DNA from: Lama glama
Taxonomy: Eukaryota
NCBI GenBank assembly: GCA_028534125.1
Contig: CM052816.1
Coordinates: 43,774,001-43,838,000, forward strand
Reading direction: 5' to 3'
Length of the DNA: 64,000 nucleotides
Under the pieces are notes generated by a model. The model did no database searches. It saw nothing but the letters and a program-made list of their open reading frames with translations, and had not been told where the DNA came from. The position numbers and the translations under genes were made by a program. Below, piece after piece: positions 27,788 through 41,359 of the stretch (its first letter is position 1; every line of letters starts with the position of its first letter).

Positions 27788-28689
27788 CTTGTTATCTAAA
27801 GGAAACTGTCAACCCAACAAGTATATGATGACAAATATTAATACCTTAATTGAAAAATCAAAAGTCCACGTAAACCTTTCACTCTTAAGAAAAGTTAGGA
27901 AATAGGCATTGGATATTATTCTCAAATATGGTTTATTGGCCAAAGCAGTGTGTAAATTACATTAAGTAATAACTTTCATAATAAATTATAAATATATAAA
28001 TAAGTTGTGGGATGACAAAATTGAGTGCATGCCTGATAGGAAACAATTTAAAATTGAAAAAAATAGATATTTTTTTTCTGTTCTTTGTTTTTCTTTTACA
28101 CATTCAACTGTAGTTTTGGTTCCTCAGAATTGTTTAACTGAATATACTTGGCATGCACTCAATTTTGTGTGTCATTTGACAACTTTTATACATTTATAAT
28201 TTATTATGAAAGTTATTACTGTCTTTTTCCTATTTTAAAGGTATTTTCTTCTCAATTTCTTCATTTGACATAAGCTTACATATCTACTATTCTGTTTTCT
28301 TCATTTTTATCTTTTTTCTCAACATATTGATGTGTATTATTCTATTTTTAGCTTTGATATGAAAGTAAGAGCTTGTTTAAAGGTGATTTATTAGACTTGA
28401 CTGTCACCAGTGGAACTTGATCTAATTTAGCTACACTTTTTTTTTAAAGGAAGATACCATGACTCATGTATGAAAAAGTTAAGAAAAAATTCTTTTATTA
28501 TCACTTTTTTCCCAGAATCCCTCACTTTTCTATTTATAATGATATTTTGATTAAAATGTTGATAATAAGGCTATAAGCATATTATTTAAATTTATGCCTA
28601 CAAATTATGATCAAGCTTAAAACATGAACACATGTATTTCATTGGATAGAAAGACATGGCCTAATGGTGGAGGGGCAGGATGTGGTCAA

Positions 28690-29110
28690 TGAAACACTGA
28701 GCAGTGAAATGGCATGATCTGATTTGTGTATATATATTTAAGGTATTTATCTTTTTAAAGAATGAGTGAAGGCGAACAGCATAATGTAGGAATCTACATA
28801 AGTAAAGCTGAGAGTCTTTAAACCAGACAATGCCTGTGATAATTAAATAGGAAGGAATAGATTTACAGAAAATTTAGAATGTAGAATTGTAATACAGGTT
28901 GGACAATGGAGGAGAAGTATTTGAGGATGACAGGTAGGTTTCTGTATTGGTCAATTTGGTAGAGAGTGGTGCATTAATATTCGAGGGAATATAACAGCTG
29001 GATGAACAGGATTTTGGAAATAATGGTTAACTTTGTGTTTGTAACTTGGGAATGTTTATGCAACATCAAAGAACGGAATCCAAACTATAGATGTGAAGCT
29101 CAGAAAAAAA
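28690..29110 (-). mobile_element. L2 fragment
   Basis: gagcagtgaaatggcatgatctgatt...gaggatgacaggtaggtttctg...gaagctcagaa. Confidence 0.5.
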
Positions 29111-29129
29111 TACTTCAGATCAAGAAATT

Positions 29130-30265
29130 TTATTTTATTTGTTTTTTCTTCCAGTTTTGTTGAGATATAATTGATATACAACACTAAGTTTAAGGTGTAA
29201 AGCATAATAATTTGACTTACATACATCATGAAATGATTATCACAGTAAGTTTAGTGAACATCCATCATCTCATACAGATACAAAATTAAAGAAATAGAAA
29301 AGAAATTTGTGTGTGATGAGAACTTTTATAATTTAATCTCTTAATAACTTTCATATATAATATATAGCAGTTAATTATATTTATCATGTTGTACATCACA
29401 CCCCTAGTACTTATTTATCTTATAACTGGAAGTTTGTAACTTTTGACTCCTTTCTTCCAATTCTCCCTCCTCTCATCCCCTGCCTCAGGTAACCACAAAT
29501 CTGATCTCTTTTTCTATGAGTTTGTTTGTCTTTGAAATATAATTGGCCTACAACACTATGTTAGTTTCCAATACACAATATAGTGATTTTTTTCCCTATA
29601 CATTTCAAAATGGTAACCACAGTAAGTCTAGTTACAGTATGTCACCACGAAGATATTACTTAGTTATAGACTAGGGGATTATTTATTCCCTACACTGTAC
29701 ATTTCATACCAATGACTCATTTGTTTTGCAACTGGAAGTTTTTACCTCAGTCTCCCTTACCTCTCCCCCACCAACCTGGTAACCACCTATTTGTTCTCGG
29801 TATTTATAACTCTACTTCTGTTTTATGTTTATTCATTTGTTTTTTAGATTCCACATATAAGTGAAATCACAGTATTTGACTTTGACTTATTTCACTTAAC
29901 ACAATACCTTCTGGGTCCAGCCATGTTGTCACAAATGGCAAGATTTCATTCTTTTTTATGACTAAGTAATTGTCCATTGTATGTATGTATACCGCATCTT
30001 AGTTATCCATTCATCTGTTGATGGGCACTTAGATTGCTTCCATATCTTGGCTACTGTAAATAATGCTACAATGAACATAAGGATGCATATATTTTTTGCT
30101 ATTAGTGTTTTTGTTTTCTTTGGATGAATACCCAGAAGTGGAGTTGCTAGATGATATGGTAGTTTTATTTTTAATCTTTGAGGAAAATCCATATTATTTT
30201 CCATAGTGGTTGCAGTAATTTACATTCCTAGCAACAGTGCATGAGGGTTCCATTTTCTCCCTACA
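29130..30265 (-). mobile_element. 5'-truncated L1 (L1MA9-like 3' UTR plus ORF2 C-terminus)
   Basis: T-rich tail and 3' UTR; ORF 29962-30204 is L1 ORF2-like (MFIVALFTVAKIWKQSKCPS); approximate TSD gatcaaga(g)aattt on both sides. Confidence 0.92.
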
Positions 30266-30289
30266 TTGATCAAGAGAATTTAAAATTTG

Positions 30290-31368
30290 ATTTAATTAGG
30301 TCCCATTTGTTTCTTTTGCTTATATTTCCGGGTAGTCTGCCCTAGGAGAATATTGCTAAGATATATGTCAGAGAGTGTTTTGCTATGTTTTCTTCTAGGA
30401 GGTTTATAGCGTCTTGTCTTATATTTAAGGCTTTAAGCCATTTTGAGTTTTTTTGTGTGTATGGTGTGAAGGAGTGTTCTAACTTCATTGATTTACATGC
30501 TGCTGTCCAGTTTCCCCAACAACACTTACTGAAGAGACTTGTCTTTTCTCCACTGTATATTCTTGCCTCCTTTGTCAAAGATTAATCGACCGGAGGGCTG
30601 TGTGTTTATTTCTGTGCTCTCTATTTTGTTCCATTGATCCATATGTCTGTGTTTGTACCAATACCATGCTGTTTTGATTACTGTAGCTCTGTAGTATTGT
30701 CTGAAGTCTGGGAGGGTTATTCCTCCAGCTTTGTTCATGTTCCTCAATATTGTTTTGGAAATTCTGGGTCTTTTGTGATTCCATAGAAATTTTAGGATTA
30801 TTTGTTCTAGTTCTGTGAAAAATGTCCTGGTGATACAATGTGATAAGTATCAGATTAAATCTGTAGATTGCCTTGGGCAGTATGGCCATTTTAACAATAT
30901 TGATTCTTCCAATCCAAGAGCATAGGGTAGCTTTCCATTTCTTTAAGTCATCTTAATTTCCTTAATCAATGTTTTGTAGTTCTCCATGTATAAATCTTTC
31001 ACCTCCTTGGTCAGATTTACTCCTAAGTATTTTATTGTTTTAGATGCAATTTTAAAAGGGATTGTTTCTCTACTTTCTTTTTCTGATATTTCATTGTTAG
31101 TGTAAAGAACTGCAACTGATTTCTGTATGTTAATCTTGTACCTTGCTACCTTGCCGAATTCTTTTTATCAGCTCTAGTAGTTTTTGTGTAGAACTTTTAG
31201 GGTTTTTTAAATATAGTATCATGTCATCCACATATAGTGACAATTTTACCTCTTCTCTTCCAATTTAGATTCCTTTTATTTCTTTTTATTGCCTGATTGT
31301 TGTGGCTAGGACTTCCAAAACTATGTTGAATGAAAGTGGTGAGAGTGGGCATCCTTCAATTAAAAGTT
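30290..31368 (-). mobile_element. Younger lineage-specific L1 ORF2 fragment
   Basis: ORF2 peptides [35 protein letters not shown] and [11 protein letters not shown]. Confidence 0.95.
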
Positions 31369-32427
31369 TTTTTATTTAATTTTCTCTCATTTTTTTTCAC
31401 AAAAGAGAATTATCAGTAGTTTATGAATAACAAAATAAAATAAATTGAAAGTAAGTAATAAATATGTATCAGAAAAAATAAAGGTAGAAAAATTAGAGGG
31501 AGCCACAAGTGAGATGGGTTAACAAAATGGACTGTTGCAAGGTCTTATATGGTTGCTTGAAGTGGAATAGAAATATTCTCTAAGTTTTCCAGCAGCAATC
31601 ATGAGATGGGGAACACCATCAATGTTAACAGGACATGGAGTTTTCTTATGTTTTTTAATTGTTGTATCCCTTGAACCTAGAAGAAAATCTAACACATAGT
31701 AATTGTTTAGTATTTGTTGAATAAATGCATGAAGTTATTCATAGATTTTTAAAGAATTTTTATTTGCCCTGGGAAAAATTATTCAAGTGTTTTGGATAGA
31801 TTATATTCTTTTTTCCAAGGACATTGATATTAGGTTGATTCATTTATATACAAAATATTAATATCATTTTCACTTTGGGGGAGGGGGAAATCTATGTGTA
31901 CTTTAAGTAGTTTTTCACACGTAATATTGGCCTGTTCCTAGACGATCCAGAGTGGGTTTGCCCATGAAGCTCTGTTTTATGAATGACTTTGGTCATAACT
32001 GTCAAAAGTGGGTACTTAGTCTTATCAGGTTCATAATTAATGGAAACAAGAAGGAGAATAATTGGACTTTTGCTTCCTCCAGTTTTGAAGGTATGCAGGA
32101 GTTTAATTCTCCTCATCTAGGCAAAAGTTATTTCCATTGTATCATTTTACTATTTTTTACGAGCATGCAGCCAACCTGTGCATCCCTCAGGCTCCCTGAG
32201 GAGTACAGAGGAAGCCAAATTGAGCTGCTTTGACTAGGGGTTGTTTAGCTGTACTTAGATTAATGAAATAAATTATAACCACAGACATGACTTTGTAGTA
32301 TCCTGATGAGTTTGAGAAGAGTAAAAAGATAATCATATAATTGTATTAAATGCCAAAAAAATTTCTCTGAAAATGAGTGAAAAAGACAACTAAGTTTTTT
32401 CCTGTCTGAAACACAAGAAATCTTTAC

Positions 32428-33060
32428 CAGCTATTCTGACTGCCCGTGAGTTCTAGGACATTCCTTTGGCATCTTTTCTTATATCAGCCTCTTCATCCCC
32501 ACCCACCTGCCTTCCATATGGAGATAACATCTCTCTGCAACTTCAAAATTTTGTGAATTGATTCCTTCAGGAAGCATTGGATTAGAGGCTTTAGCAACAT
32601 TACAAGAAGGAATTCCCTCTTTGCTCTATTGTAACCAAGCTTTGTATCTATAGTCCTGAATATCTTCTTGAATTCCTTCTTTGTACTTGCTACCATTCAG
32701 CTTCAGGACCTACCCTCTTCACTTGTTGGGCACTTGAATGAATAAGATAGTGGAGAGAAGCCAACACTGATGACCAAATGCTTGTTAAGGACTCCCACTG
32801 CATCTGGGCCATGGTAGCTCCCATGTGACCATCTGATGTGATTGTTTATTTGAAAGTGCAAATAGCCATGCTTCATTCCTTCAGAGAGCCCAATTGTTTC
32901 CTGAGCTTTAGTTTGGTCTGTGTTACTCATTAGTGTTCGCTGCTCCTTACTGAGAGACATAGCACAGCTTTACAAAAGTTTTCCCAGTTGCCTGCTCTCC
33001 ATTAAGCAAGGTGATTGATCAAGAGTCTGAGTTATCAAGAGTCTCACGATTCTCTTCAAC
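32428..33060 (-). pseudogene. Candidate large low-complexity exon
   Basis: Acceptor catcttctccaccacattttcaag| and donor ctg|gtaaag. Purine-rich, starts VEENRETLDNSDS*, long E/K/S/Q-rich frame fragments, no repeat recognised. Confidence 0.4.
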
Positions 33061-34411
33061 CTTGAAAATGTGGTGGAGAAGATGGTGTCAAACCTTGTAT
33101 CACTTTTCTGTATCTAAAAATCTTAGTCCAAAGCATAATGTGGTTAATACTTTAAAAAGTATTTTCAAGTGTATTGCTCTTGATTATCACTCTGTTTTCT
33201 CTGAGGCTTCCCACCCAATGATACTTTGAGTTTTGGTTCTGCAGGGGAATAGTACATAGTCTCTAGAATAAAAAGGTCTTTATTCAGAATGTATTTTTCA
33301 CTTAGATTTTCAATTTTGAACACATCAAGAAAACCAGTCTTTTGAGGAGAGTTACAATTTTGTAAATTTCTGTGGTAAATAAAATGAAGGCTTCAGAATC
33401 CAGATCATAAAGAATTTTCTATAGTATTGAAGTAACATTCTTTCTGGCTAGAACTCTCCACCATGAGGTTGACAACCCTGGAGTAAAAAGATTATATGAT
33501 AGAACTGAATTCTGCCCCTTATAGTCTCCAGAACTTATGAGCAAGAAAAAGTTGAGACACAGAAAGCAAAAAATTGGTTGTAATTTAGGGTTCTCAGTAC
33601 TCTCTATCCTTACCTCAATCATTACTGGTTTTCAACAGATGAAGACATTCCTATGGGGTGCCTTAGAACACAGGACCTAATGATGTACTTTTACTGGCAT
33701 GCTAGTGACATCTTTTTACAGGTATGATGCTGTCCTTCAGGAGGAGCCTCAAGCCAGGCCATTTCCAATATGGAACTGAGGGGGCAGGAAAGGGCAAGAT
33801 TTGTTAGCTTGGTGAGTTGCTTCCTCTCCATGGCATGTACCTAGCAAGCAGGCACCCGTAATTTACAAGAATGAACATTGTCTTGAGTTGCCTAGTCAGA
33901 AACACAGTTACTTATAAATGTTGTCTTAATTATTAAAGTTGGACTAAGGTGACCTAATTGGATTGAATTAATAGTTACTGCTAACTCTATCTTCATTACC
34001 CAGAAGGATAGTTATAGAAAAATGAAGCCTTGTTTTCACACATAGGGATGTAAGTGAATTTGAGACTCTGTTCTGAAATATATTTTAACCTTTGTTCAAA
34101 TAATTAGGAAGTGTGAAAAATCAAGAAGACTGTATTGGTCAATATTATGCATGATGAGTGTTGCAAACTACAGAAAGTCCTTAGGACCAGGAAACAATTA
34201 GTGTGTCAATGCCATTTAAAAATTCTAGCCCATTCATAGTTTCAGGAGGTCTATAGTGAGAGCAGACATGGCTTCCCCTTTCAAAATAATTCCTCTTGGG
34301 GGAAGCAAGAAAGACCTGGTTTGACTGTGAGTGTAAATGAGCTAAAAAGTTAAAGTTCTTCCACTTGAAGAAAATACTTGCCCTGCTCCAGCTGGGGACA
34401 CAGAAAGTTAC

Positions 34412-34874
34412 ATCTTTATTTTGATGGACGAAATGAGAGATTAATTTGAACAGCTGATTTTTATCCCAGTCATTCCACAAACTGTCAGTGTTTGTTGGAG
34501 ATTTCTTCCTAGTAGGCTGTTTATCACTCTGACTTTCTTTGTTCTTCCTGGCTTTGATCTCAGTGGACTAGAGTCTTGTCCTCAGAAACTCTAGGGGAAT
34601 TCCAGGACAAGAGCCACAGTCTCTAATCTGATGTTTAGAAGCAGTAGTTTTGCTTTCTCCATCATGTCTTTGTTTTTCTATGTGCCTCTTGCATTTCCTT
34701 TTTTTCCACTTTAGTTCATTTTCAAAGTGCAGCATATCAGAGAAACCAGAAGAGAATGGGTCTTCTGCAGGAGTTCTCTTTTGGATTGATTTTTCAAAGA
34801 GCTGCAGAATAGCAATAAATGCCTTGCCCTGGTTCTGCCACTTGGGAGTCAGTCCAAAGACAAGTGTTTATTTC
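34412..34874 (-). pseudogene. Exon with CH2-like motif and charged linker
   Basis: Acceptor tattacttttcaccaag| and donor gat|gtaact. A single frame of about 150 codons has only two stops: K*TLVFGLTPKWQNQGKAFIAILQLFEK...; phase-compatible with the 41049 donor. Confidence 0.65.
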
Positions 34875-37789
34875 CTTGGTGAAAAGTAATATCCAAGCCT
34901 GTTTGTGAGCAGTGGTTACAAGTATAGAATTGCATTAGCTGATTATTGTAAGGCCTAACCTTTTTTAGATATTTTGTTTGATTGTCATAAGCTATTTTAA
35001 GATCGCAGTCAATTTTAGGCTCACTTGCTATTATTTTTAGATTACTCATAGATTTTGGTTGTTTTTGACATGTACATGCACACTTTCAGCACATGTACAT
35101 AAATATTCCACAGATGTCATTCTTTTTTGCAGATTCTCCCCCCTTGAGAGAAGTGCCCTTCGCACATGTGCTAAGGGTTCCTGTGAATCTGAATTTGTTC
35201 TAAAGCCACTTTAAGTCAGTAACCCTTAGACAGTCTGCAAAAATGGTTTATGAACCTATTTTGCAAACGTATCATACACATATACACATATATTTAAGGT
35301 CAAATAAAAATTGGACATAGATTTAAGGTAATTTGCGAGGACTAAATTGACACTTTGGCTTGAGTTGTAATAGTTCAGTGCAGTGCAATGATCAGAATCT
35401 CACAAAATGTCTCTTTCTCTATATGATTATTAACAAAGGGAATATGAATTCATAAACTGAGTTTTACTTAAAAAATACAGTATATTTAGAATTTGAAAAT
35501 CTTCCAAGAATAGAGGACAATAGAGAAAGAAAAAAAAAAGAATTCTTGTCATTGAAAAGGCGGAAAAGCTTAACTTAGGTGACGGGTGGGTTCCATCTCA
35601 TCTGCCCTAAGCCTTCCTTCACTGCCCAGTGCATTCATGTGGTGTTACTCTTTGGACGAAGGTAATGACACTGCTTTGATAATACCACCCCTCGGCTTCA
35701 ATAGAGTTGAGCTCTTTTTAACTTGGCCTTAAGAAGACCCACACTTAGAGCCAGGGCTGTTGTCATTACAGAACAAATCTATGACAATAATGAGACTCAA
35801 GATGACGCTGTGTCTCTGTGAATATGGCAACTAATACATCCACAATCAGCTATGTTTGTTACCTGCTATACAATGTAAATAGCATTTGTATACAGAACTA
35901 GTTACCTTTTATATAAATCTCTAAAATGAGTCCACTTATTATTGTCTACAAAAGCTCTGTTATTTATGTGTTATTAGCTCTCTGCATCATTCCCAACCTC
36001 TTATGGCCCGCGTGAAAGAGAAGATGCAGGAAACCCTTAATTAGCTCAAACCCTTAAAGAATCACCAGTTGGAGACATTTTCCTTAAAAAGGAGAATGAA
36101 CGGCAACCCTGGGAATAAATCTCTGGAAGTTGGACTTCTTAGCCCATGAGTGTCCTCACTTCTCACTTGTGGCATACAGACATTGTCCTTTAGGTTCCTG
36201 TCCTTTAAAAACTGCTAATTTTTTTCGTGTAGGAGTTTGTCCTCAGCACATATTCTTCATGTAGTCTCATTAAACCCATTACACTCTTGTTGAATTTTCA
36301 AATCAGATTTTACTAGTCAGTCACCTAAAATGTTGGTGAAAGTGTGTAGTTTATCTTTATGTTTTGGTTTACAAGTTAACCCAACACAACATAACATATT
36401 GATGGCAAAATGTAAAGCTTCACATAAACAAAAACAAAAGGCAAACAGATGGAAGCTCAACACATGGGAGAATGGCCATGGGGTAGAGAAAATGTATTTG
36501 TTTCTTATTTTCATTTAGCAATCTACATTGTGAAATTTTTGTCAATTATATATATTTGGGACCAAAGTTTCGAATGAGAAATGAAACTATTCAAACTAAT
36601 TTTCATAAGATTAAGAAAATATCATAGGCACTGCACAAAGTTTATTAAGTTTCTTGCCATTAGAGAAGGCATGCTGGTAGTGCCCAGATTCCTCTCAGAG
36701 CATTCACAAAGCCACCCACCAGAAGAATCCAGGTGATTGGCTTAGTCCTCGGAAGACTGGATCATTTATAGCAAATGCTGAATAATTTTAGGGTTTTAAT
36801 ACTTCTGAATTCACCCAAATATGGACCTAAACCACATGAAGAAAATGATAGAAATTGACATTAAACTCCAAAAATTGACTGAGCTCATAATTACACCTAG
36901 AATATAGGGGTTTTTTTTAAATTATAACACAAATGAATATTGATTAAAAATAGAACCAAAGTAAGATAACGAGTGAGCATCCAAAAATTCTTGAATTCCA
37001 AGCCTACGTGTATTTAGAACCATGACCTTTAGCCACATAACTAAGGTAGGATTTAAAAGACTCTCCTAAGCAGCCTGTTCTTCAGTCTTGAGATTTGGTG
37101 ATTGCATGCTGCCAACAAGCACATGTGTGGAAAAGTATTTAAAAGGTAACTTTTTCCAAAACCAATGTATTATTTGGAAACTTGGAGTTGTCTACTGAAA
37201 TCCTGTGCTTTGACTAACCCTCTTCTTTTCTCTACATATACTTTTATTTTTTTCCTTTGTATTATATGTATATTATTTTCTCTCTTACCAAACTGTGAAT
37301 CCCTTTGAACTAGGAAAATGGTGTACAATGTCAGCTTTGTTTCTTTCTACCTTCTCCTTCCAGAATCTAGATGCTGGGATCTCTGTACACCTTAGCGACT
37401 TAACACATGCTTGTATGCAAAGGGCACTATTAAGTAGAAATACTGAGATCTAAAATATTTTCTGCAATGTGTAATTTTATCTAACTTCTTTCAGGAAAAA
37501 GATTAGCAAGTTGATTGAACTGAATCATAGCTACTTATGTTTTATACTAATTTCATAAACTTTAGGGAAAATATCAACAAATTCTATTACATTATATATT
37601 AATTATGCATGGAATATGATCAACTGTGTAAACTAAAATTGATTCGACGAACATTAATCACTAATTCAACTAACAGTTGTTGAATTATTAATAGGTACCT
37701 AGTAAGTATTACCCTGGATTGGATACTAAGGATAAAGTTTAATATTCACAAGCTTTAAGAATATTATGCTCTAAAACTTTATTAAATAA

Positions 37790-38240
37790 CTACTCTGTAT
37801 TAAGTACTGTTTAAGATGCATTGTCTGCTTTTTCTCATTTAATTATCATAACAGTTCATAGTCCCCATTTTACAGATATAGAAACAAATGCTTAGAGAAG
37901 AAAATTGCCCTCCAAAAGCTTAACTCTTGATCAAGGTGTCAGATTCCCAAATATGTGCTTCCAAATATGGCCAGTAGAAAAGCTTTTATGGCCACCAAAG
38001 CTTTTTAAATATGAATTGATTTCCAACACTTAGACTTGGGGAGTTATCACAGAAAAATCAGGTTATTTGGATTCTCTTGAAAAATCAGAAGATCTGACAA
38101 CAGTCAGTCTGCAGTCCAAATTGAAACAATTGGCTGCAGTTGAGTAGCCATTTTGTCCTCAATCTGATATAGTGTCCAGTGACTGGCTCCTCTTCTTATG
38201 TTATTTGCATTGTTCCTGAAGATATCTGGGTCTAAGACTC
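37790..38240. mobile_element. MIR followed by a MER102-like hAT element
   Basis: ccccattttacagatatagaaac (MIR) and ttctcttgaaaaatcagaagatctgacaaca (MER102-like). Confidence 0.6.
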
Positions 38241-38399
38241 TTGTATTCTTCCATGCTTTCTAAATGCTAATTTATTTTATTAAAAGAAAACATGCTAGAA
38301 CCTAATTAAGGAGTAAAGTAAGAGACTAAAATGGTGGCTTCACGAGCAATACAGCTATTAAAATGTCAAGTATATGTATAGGGCAACAATGGTCTTCCT

Positions 38400-39420
38400 A
38401 TTTTAAAACTCTAATGTAAGACAGCCTTTCCTAGGATGTATAAACAATTATAGATACCTTTGAAAAAGAACCAAATAGAATTTCTATAAATCAACAACAC
38501 AGTTATTAAAAAATCAAACTTATATGGATGAGTCTAGACCTGGCTGAAGAGAAATTTAGTGACCTGGAAAGCTGATTTGTGGGAAACACCCAACATGGGG
38601 CATAGAGAGATAGATAAGTAATACGAAAGATCATTGAAGAAACATGGATGATGGATAAAAACGGCATACTACAAACTCAATGGAGTTTCATACAGAGCAA
38701 AGAAAAAAATGGAGAGAGGAAATATTTAAAGAAATATGGTCTGAAAAGTTTTCATGATAAAAGAATGTTCAAACCCAATATTTGTGAGACTTAATGATGA
38801 ATTCAAAACATGGTAAATAAAGTCCATGTGAAGACACAGTAGTAAAACTGCATAACATCAAAGATAAAGAGAAAATCTTAAATGCAAACAGGCATAAAAG
38901 GTAAATTACTTGCAAATTGGTGACAATTATTCCTAGAAGGTAGTAGATTAATGCCTTCAAAGAGTTTAGGGAAAATAATTTTTTTGCGTGGCTTTCTATA
39001 CCCAACCAAATTATCATTTAAGAATAAGGGCAACATCAAGGCATCTTCAAACAAGAAAGTCAGTGCATTTATTCCTACATGCAGTTTCTGAAAGAACTTT
39101 GAAATAATACATTTTAGTAAGAAAAAAATCAAACTCAGAAAAGATGGAGTAAAAATAATAAAAGCATTGATGAGCAAAATAATTACTAAATTTATATTGG
39201 CAATCATGTAGGAAGATAAACATATTTTTGGAGGATGGGAGGTTGAACTAAATGAGAGACAACTGATAAATAATAATGTGGAAGATGGAAGGGGAAGACT
39301 GAATTTATAAGTTTTCCGAGTTCTTGGTAATGTTTTTAAAGAGTTGAGTTACCTTGTTAAAGATGGATTTGGAGTCAAAAATGCAAGATAAATACTTAAG
39401 GCTGTAATTTAAAATATTTA
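38400..39420 (+). mobile_element. Old L1/HAL1 ORF1-region fragment
   Basis: aaagaaccaaatagaatttcta, gctgaagagaaatttagtgacctggaa, aaagataaagagaaaatcttaaa, ttctatacccaaccaaattatcattt. Confidence 0.8.
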
Positions 39421-39599
39421 ACAACTTACATAGTCTGTACAATAGCTAATCATAAAGGGACACTCTGAATAATTAGAAAGGACAGCCTTGGCAAGCCAGA
39501 GGATTGCCACTCTGATGTCTAACAGTTAAATATCAGCTAATTCAAAGTTGGTCATTAAAATAATGGAAATAAATGCATGATTTCCAAAAATGTAGATGG

Positions 39600-39750
39600 A
39601 AAACAGGGAATACAGAAATTTTTATCAATTCTGCATGAATAAGAAACTGAGGTCTAGAGAAATTAAATGATTTGCCCAGATTACATAGTGAGCTGGATGG
39701 AGTTAGGACTAAACTTGGATTTTTAATTAAGTCTGATGTTGCTCTACTGT
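39600..39750 (-). mobile_element. MIR SINE
   Basis: aagaaactgaggtctagagaaattaaatgatttgcccag. Confidence 0.75.
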
Positions 39751-41048
39751 GGTATTTGTTCCCACAAGTTCAGTTTTCAAATCAGTGTTTTGAAATCATT
39801 TACTACATTTATTTTCTCATTTCAGGCATGTATATGCTATCATTCTGTTCATATTTTAGTGATTTTTAAACATCTCCATTTATTCTTTATGGAGGATTAT
39901 TAACATGTGCATCTCTAAGTGACAATGTGCTTTAAAAATATTACCTATACTTTAAATTTTTTAAAATGTATGTGTATTTTGTCAAACTTAAACAGGAGAG
40001 TATTGCTGCCTCTATTAAAATCATGTGAAAATGGCCATTGTTCAAAATGAGAATTTGTTCCACGTATTTGTAAAAGTACTTTATTTTTATCACTTCAATT
40101 TACCTGAGGGAACGATAAGTTGTCAAATTAAATATTTCTTTGTAACATGATTTCAAAGGCTAAAATATAATCTTCTTGATTAATTGATTCGTAGTACCCA
40201 AAGCAGCAAATTGAGAGCTAAAAGAGAAATATGCAATCTAGAAATGATTCTCTTACTTTAGCAGCTTGTCCTTTTCTTACATTTTTTTCTTTGACCCCAA
40301 ACACATCAATAGCAATGTAATTCAGTCTCCTTTTTTAATAGAAAAAGAAATAGTAAAAATCAATCTTTAAAATTCCATGAAAATACACTGGAAATTGCTA
40401 TTAGGTTTCAATAATGGTAAAACTCTGGTTTGGATGCTATGCAAGGAGATTTTAGCTACAGTAGTTTTTAAAAGTTCAGTTAAACATCAAATCATCAAAA
40501 ACTGAATTTCTGTTATCTAACAGAACAACCAGTTTTGAACGCCTACTGAGAGTTGACCACTGTTCTAACCACAGTTTTATAACAGGTAGTTGATATAATC
40601 TCCAATAGTATTTTCCTTGAACACAGTGCTGTATAACTTATGTAGAAGTGAAAACAAAAAAGAATGAGTGGACTTATAAGAAAAAAATCAGGGTCAGAAA
40701 TACAGTCATATTAAGTTAAAGTTGACGATTATCCACAGAGGACCTGATAGAAAATAGTTTGTTTAAGAGTCAGCCTAGCTTTAGAGAAAAGAAATGTTAT
40801 GGGATGAATATAAATAATGAGGAACCAGAGAGAAAAGCTGCTAAATATCTTTGAGCACAAAAATAAAGGATTAGCTGGTGCAGGCATGAGGGATTACACC
40901 CAAAGCTACTGAAATTATACTTATTAAATTCCTGAAACACTGTGGGCCAGTTTACTTAAGTGCCTTCTCCTCACTCTACTTTTCTTATGTGTGTCCAGTG
41001 AGACATGCATTTTTTCTGGAAAAATAAAGTCAAGTCTAAGCTACTCAC

Positions 41049-41359
41049 AGTCACTTCCAAGGACGATGGGCCCCTTCCTCCGGCCACCAGCACACACTCT
41101 CCTGCACCGTGCACGTATCTGATGGGACAATAGGAACAGCCGTCACAGTCAACAATAAAGCGCACCAGGGTTGTGAGCTCTGGTCTGGCCTGGGTCTTGG
41201 GTCACCTCTGAGGATGATGTCATGTCATCAAGCTCCATCGTGTTCAGCTATTCTTCCCTCTCTTTAGCCTTGTCAAAGCGAGAGGAGGCAGAGCTTCTGT
41301 ACAGCAGAGCCCGCCATTTCTGGAAGAATGTTGTGCTGGTGACACAGATGACATTGAAA
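41049..41359 (-). pseudogene. Exon with third CH2-like domain
   Basis: Acceptor ctaatttttataatgtcttag| and donor act|gtgagt. Reads FNVICVTSTTFF..(RNG)RALL...FDKAKEREE*LNTMELDD..DIIL..PRPRPDQSS, paralleling CH2 (NFTTSWRDG.AL...NLNTAF...RPDEKS). Confidence 0.6.

Noticed and set aside
29962..30889. ORFs with recognisable protein sequence
   Set aside because: L1 ORF2 fragments, not host genes.
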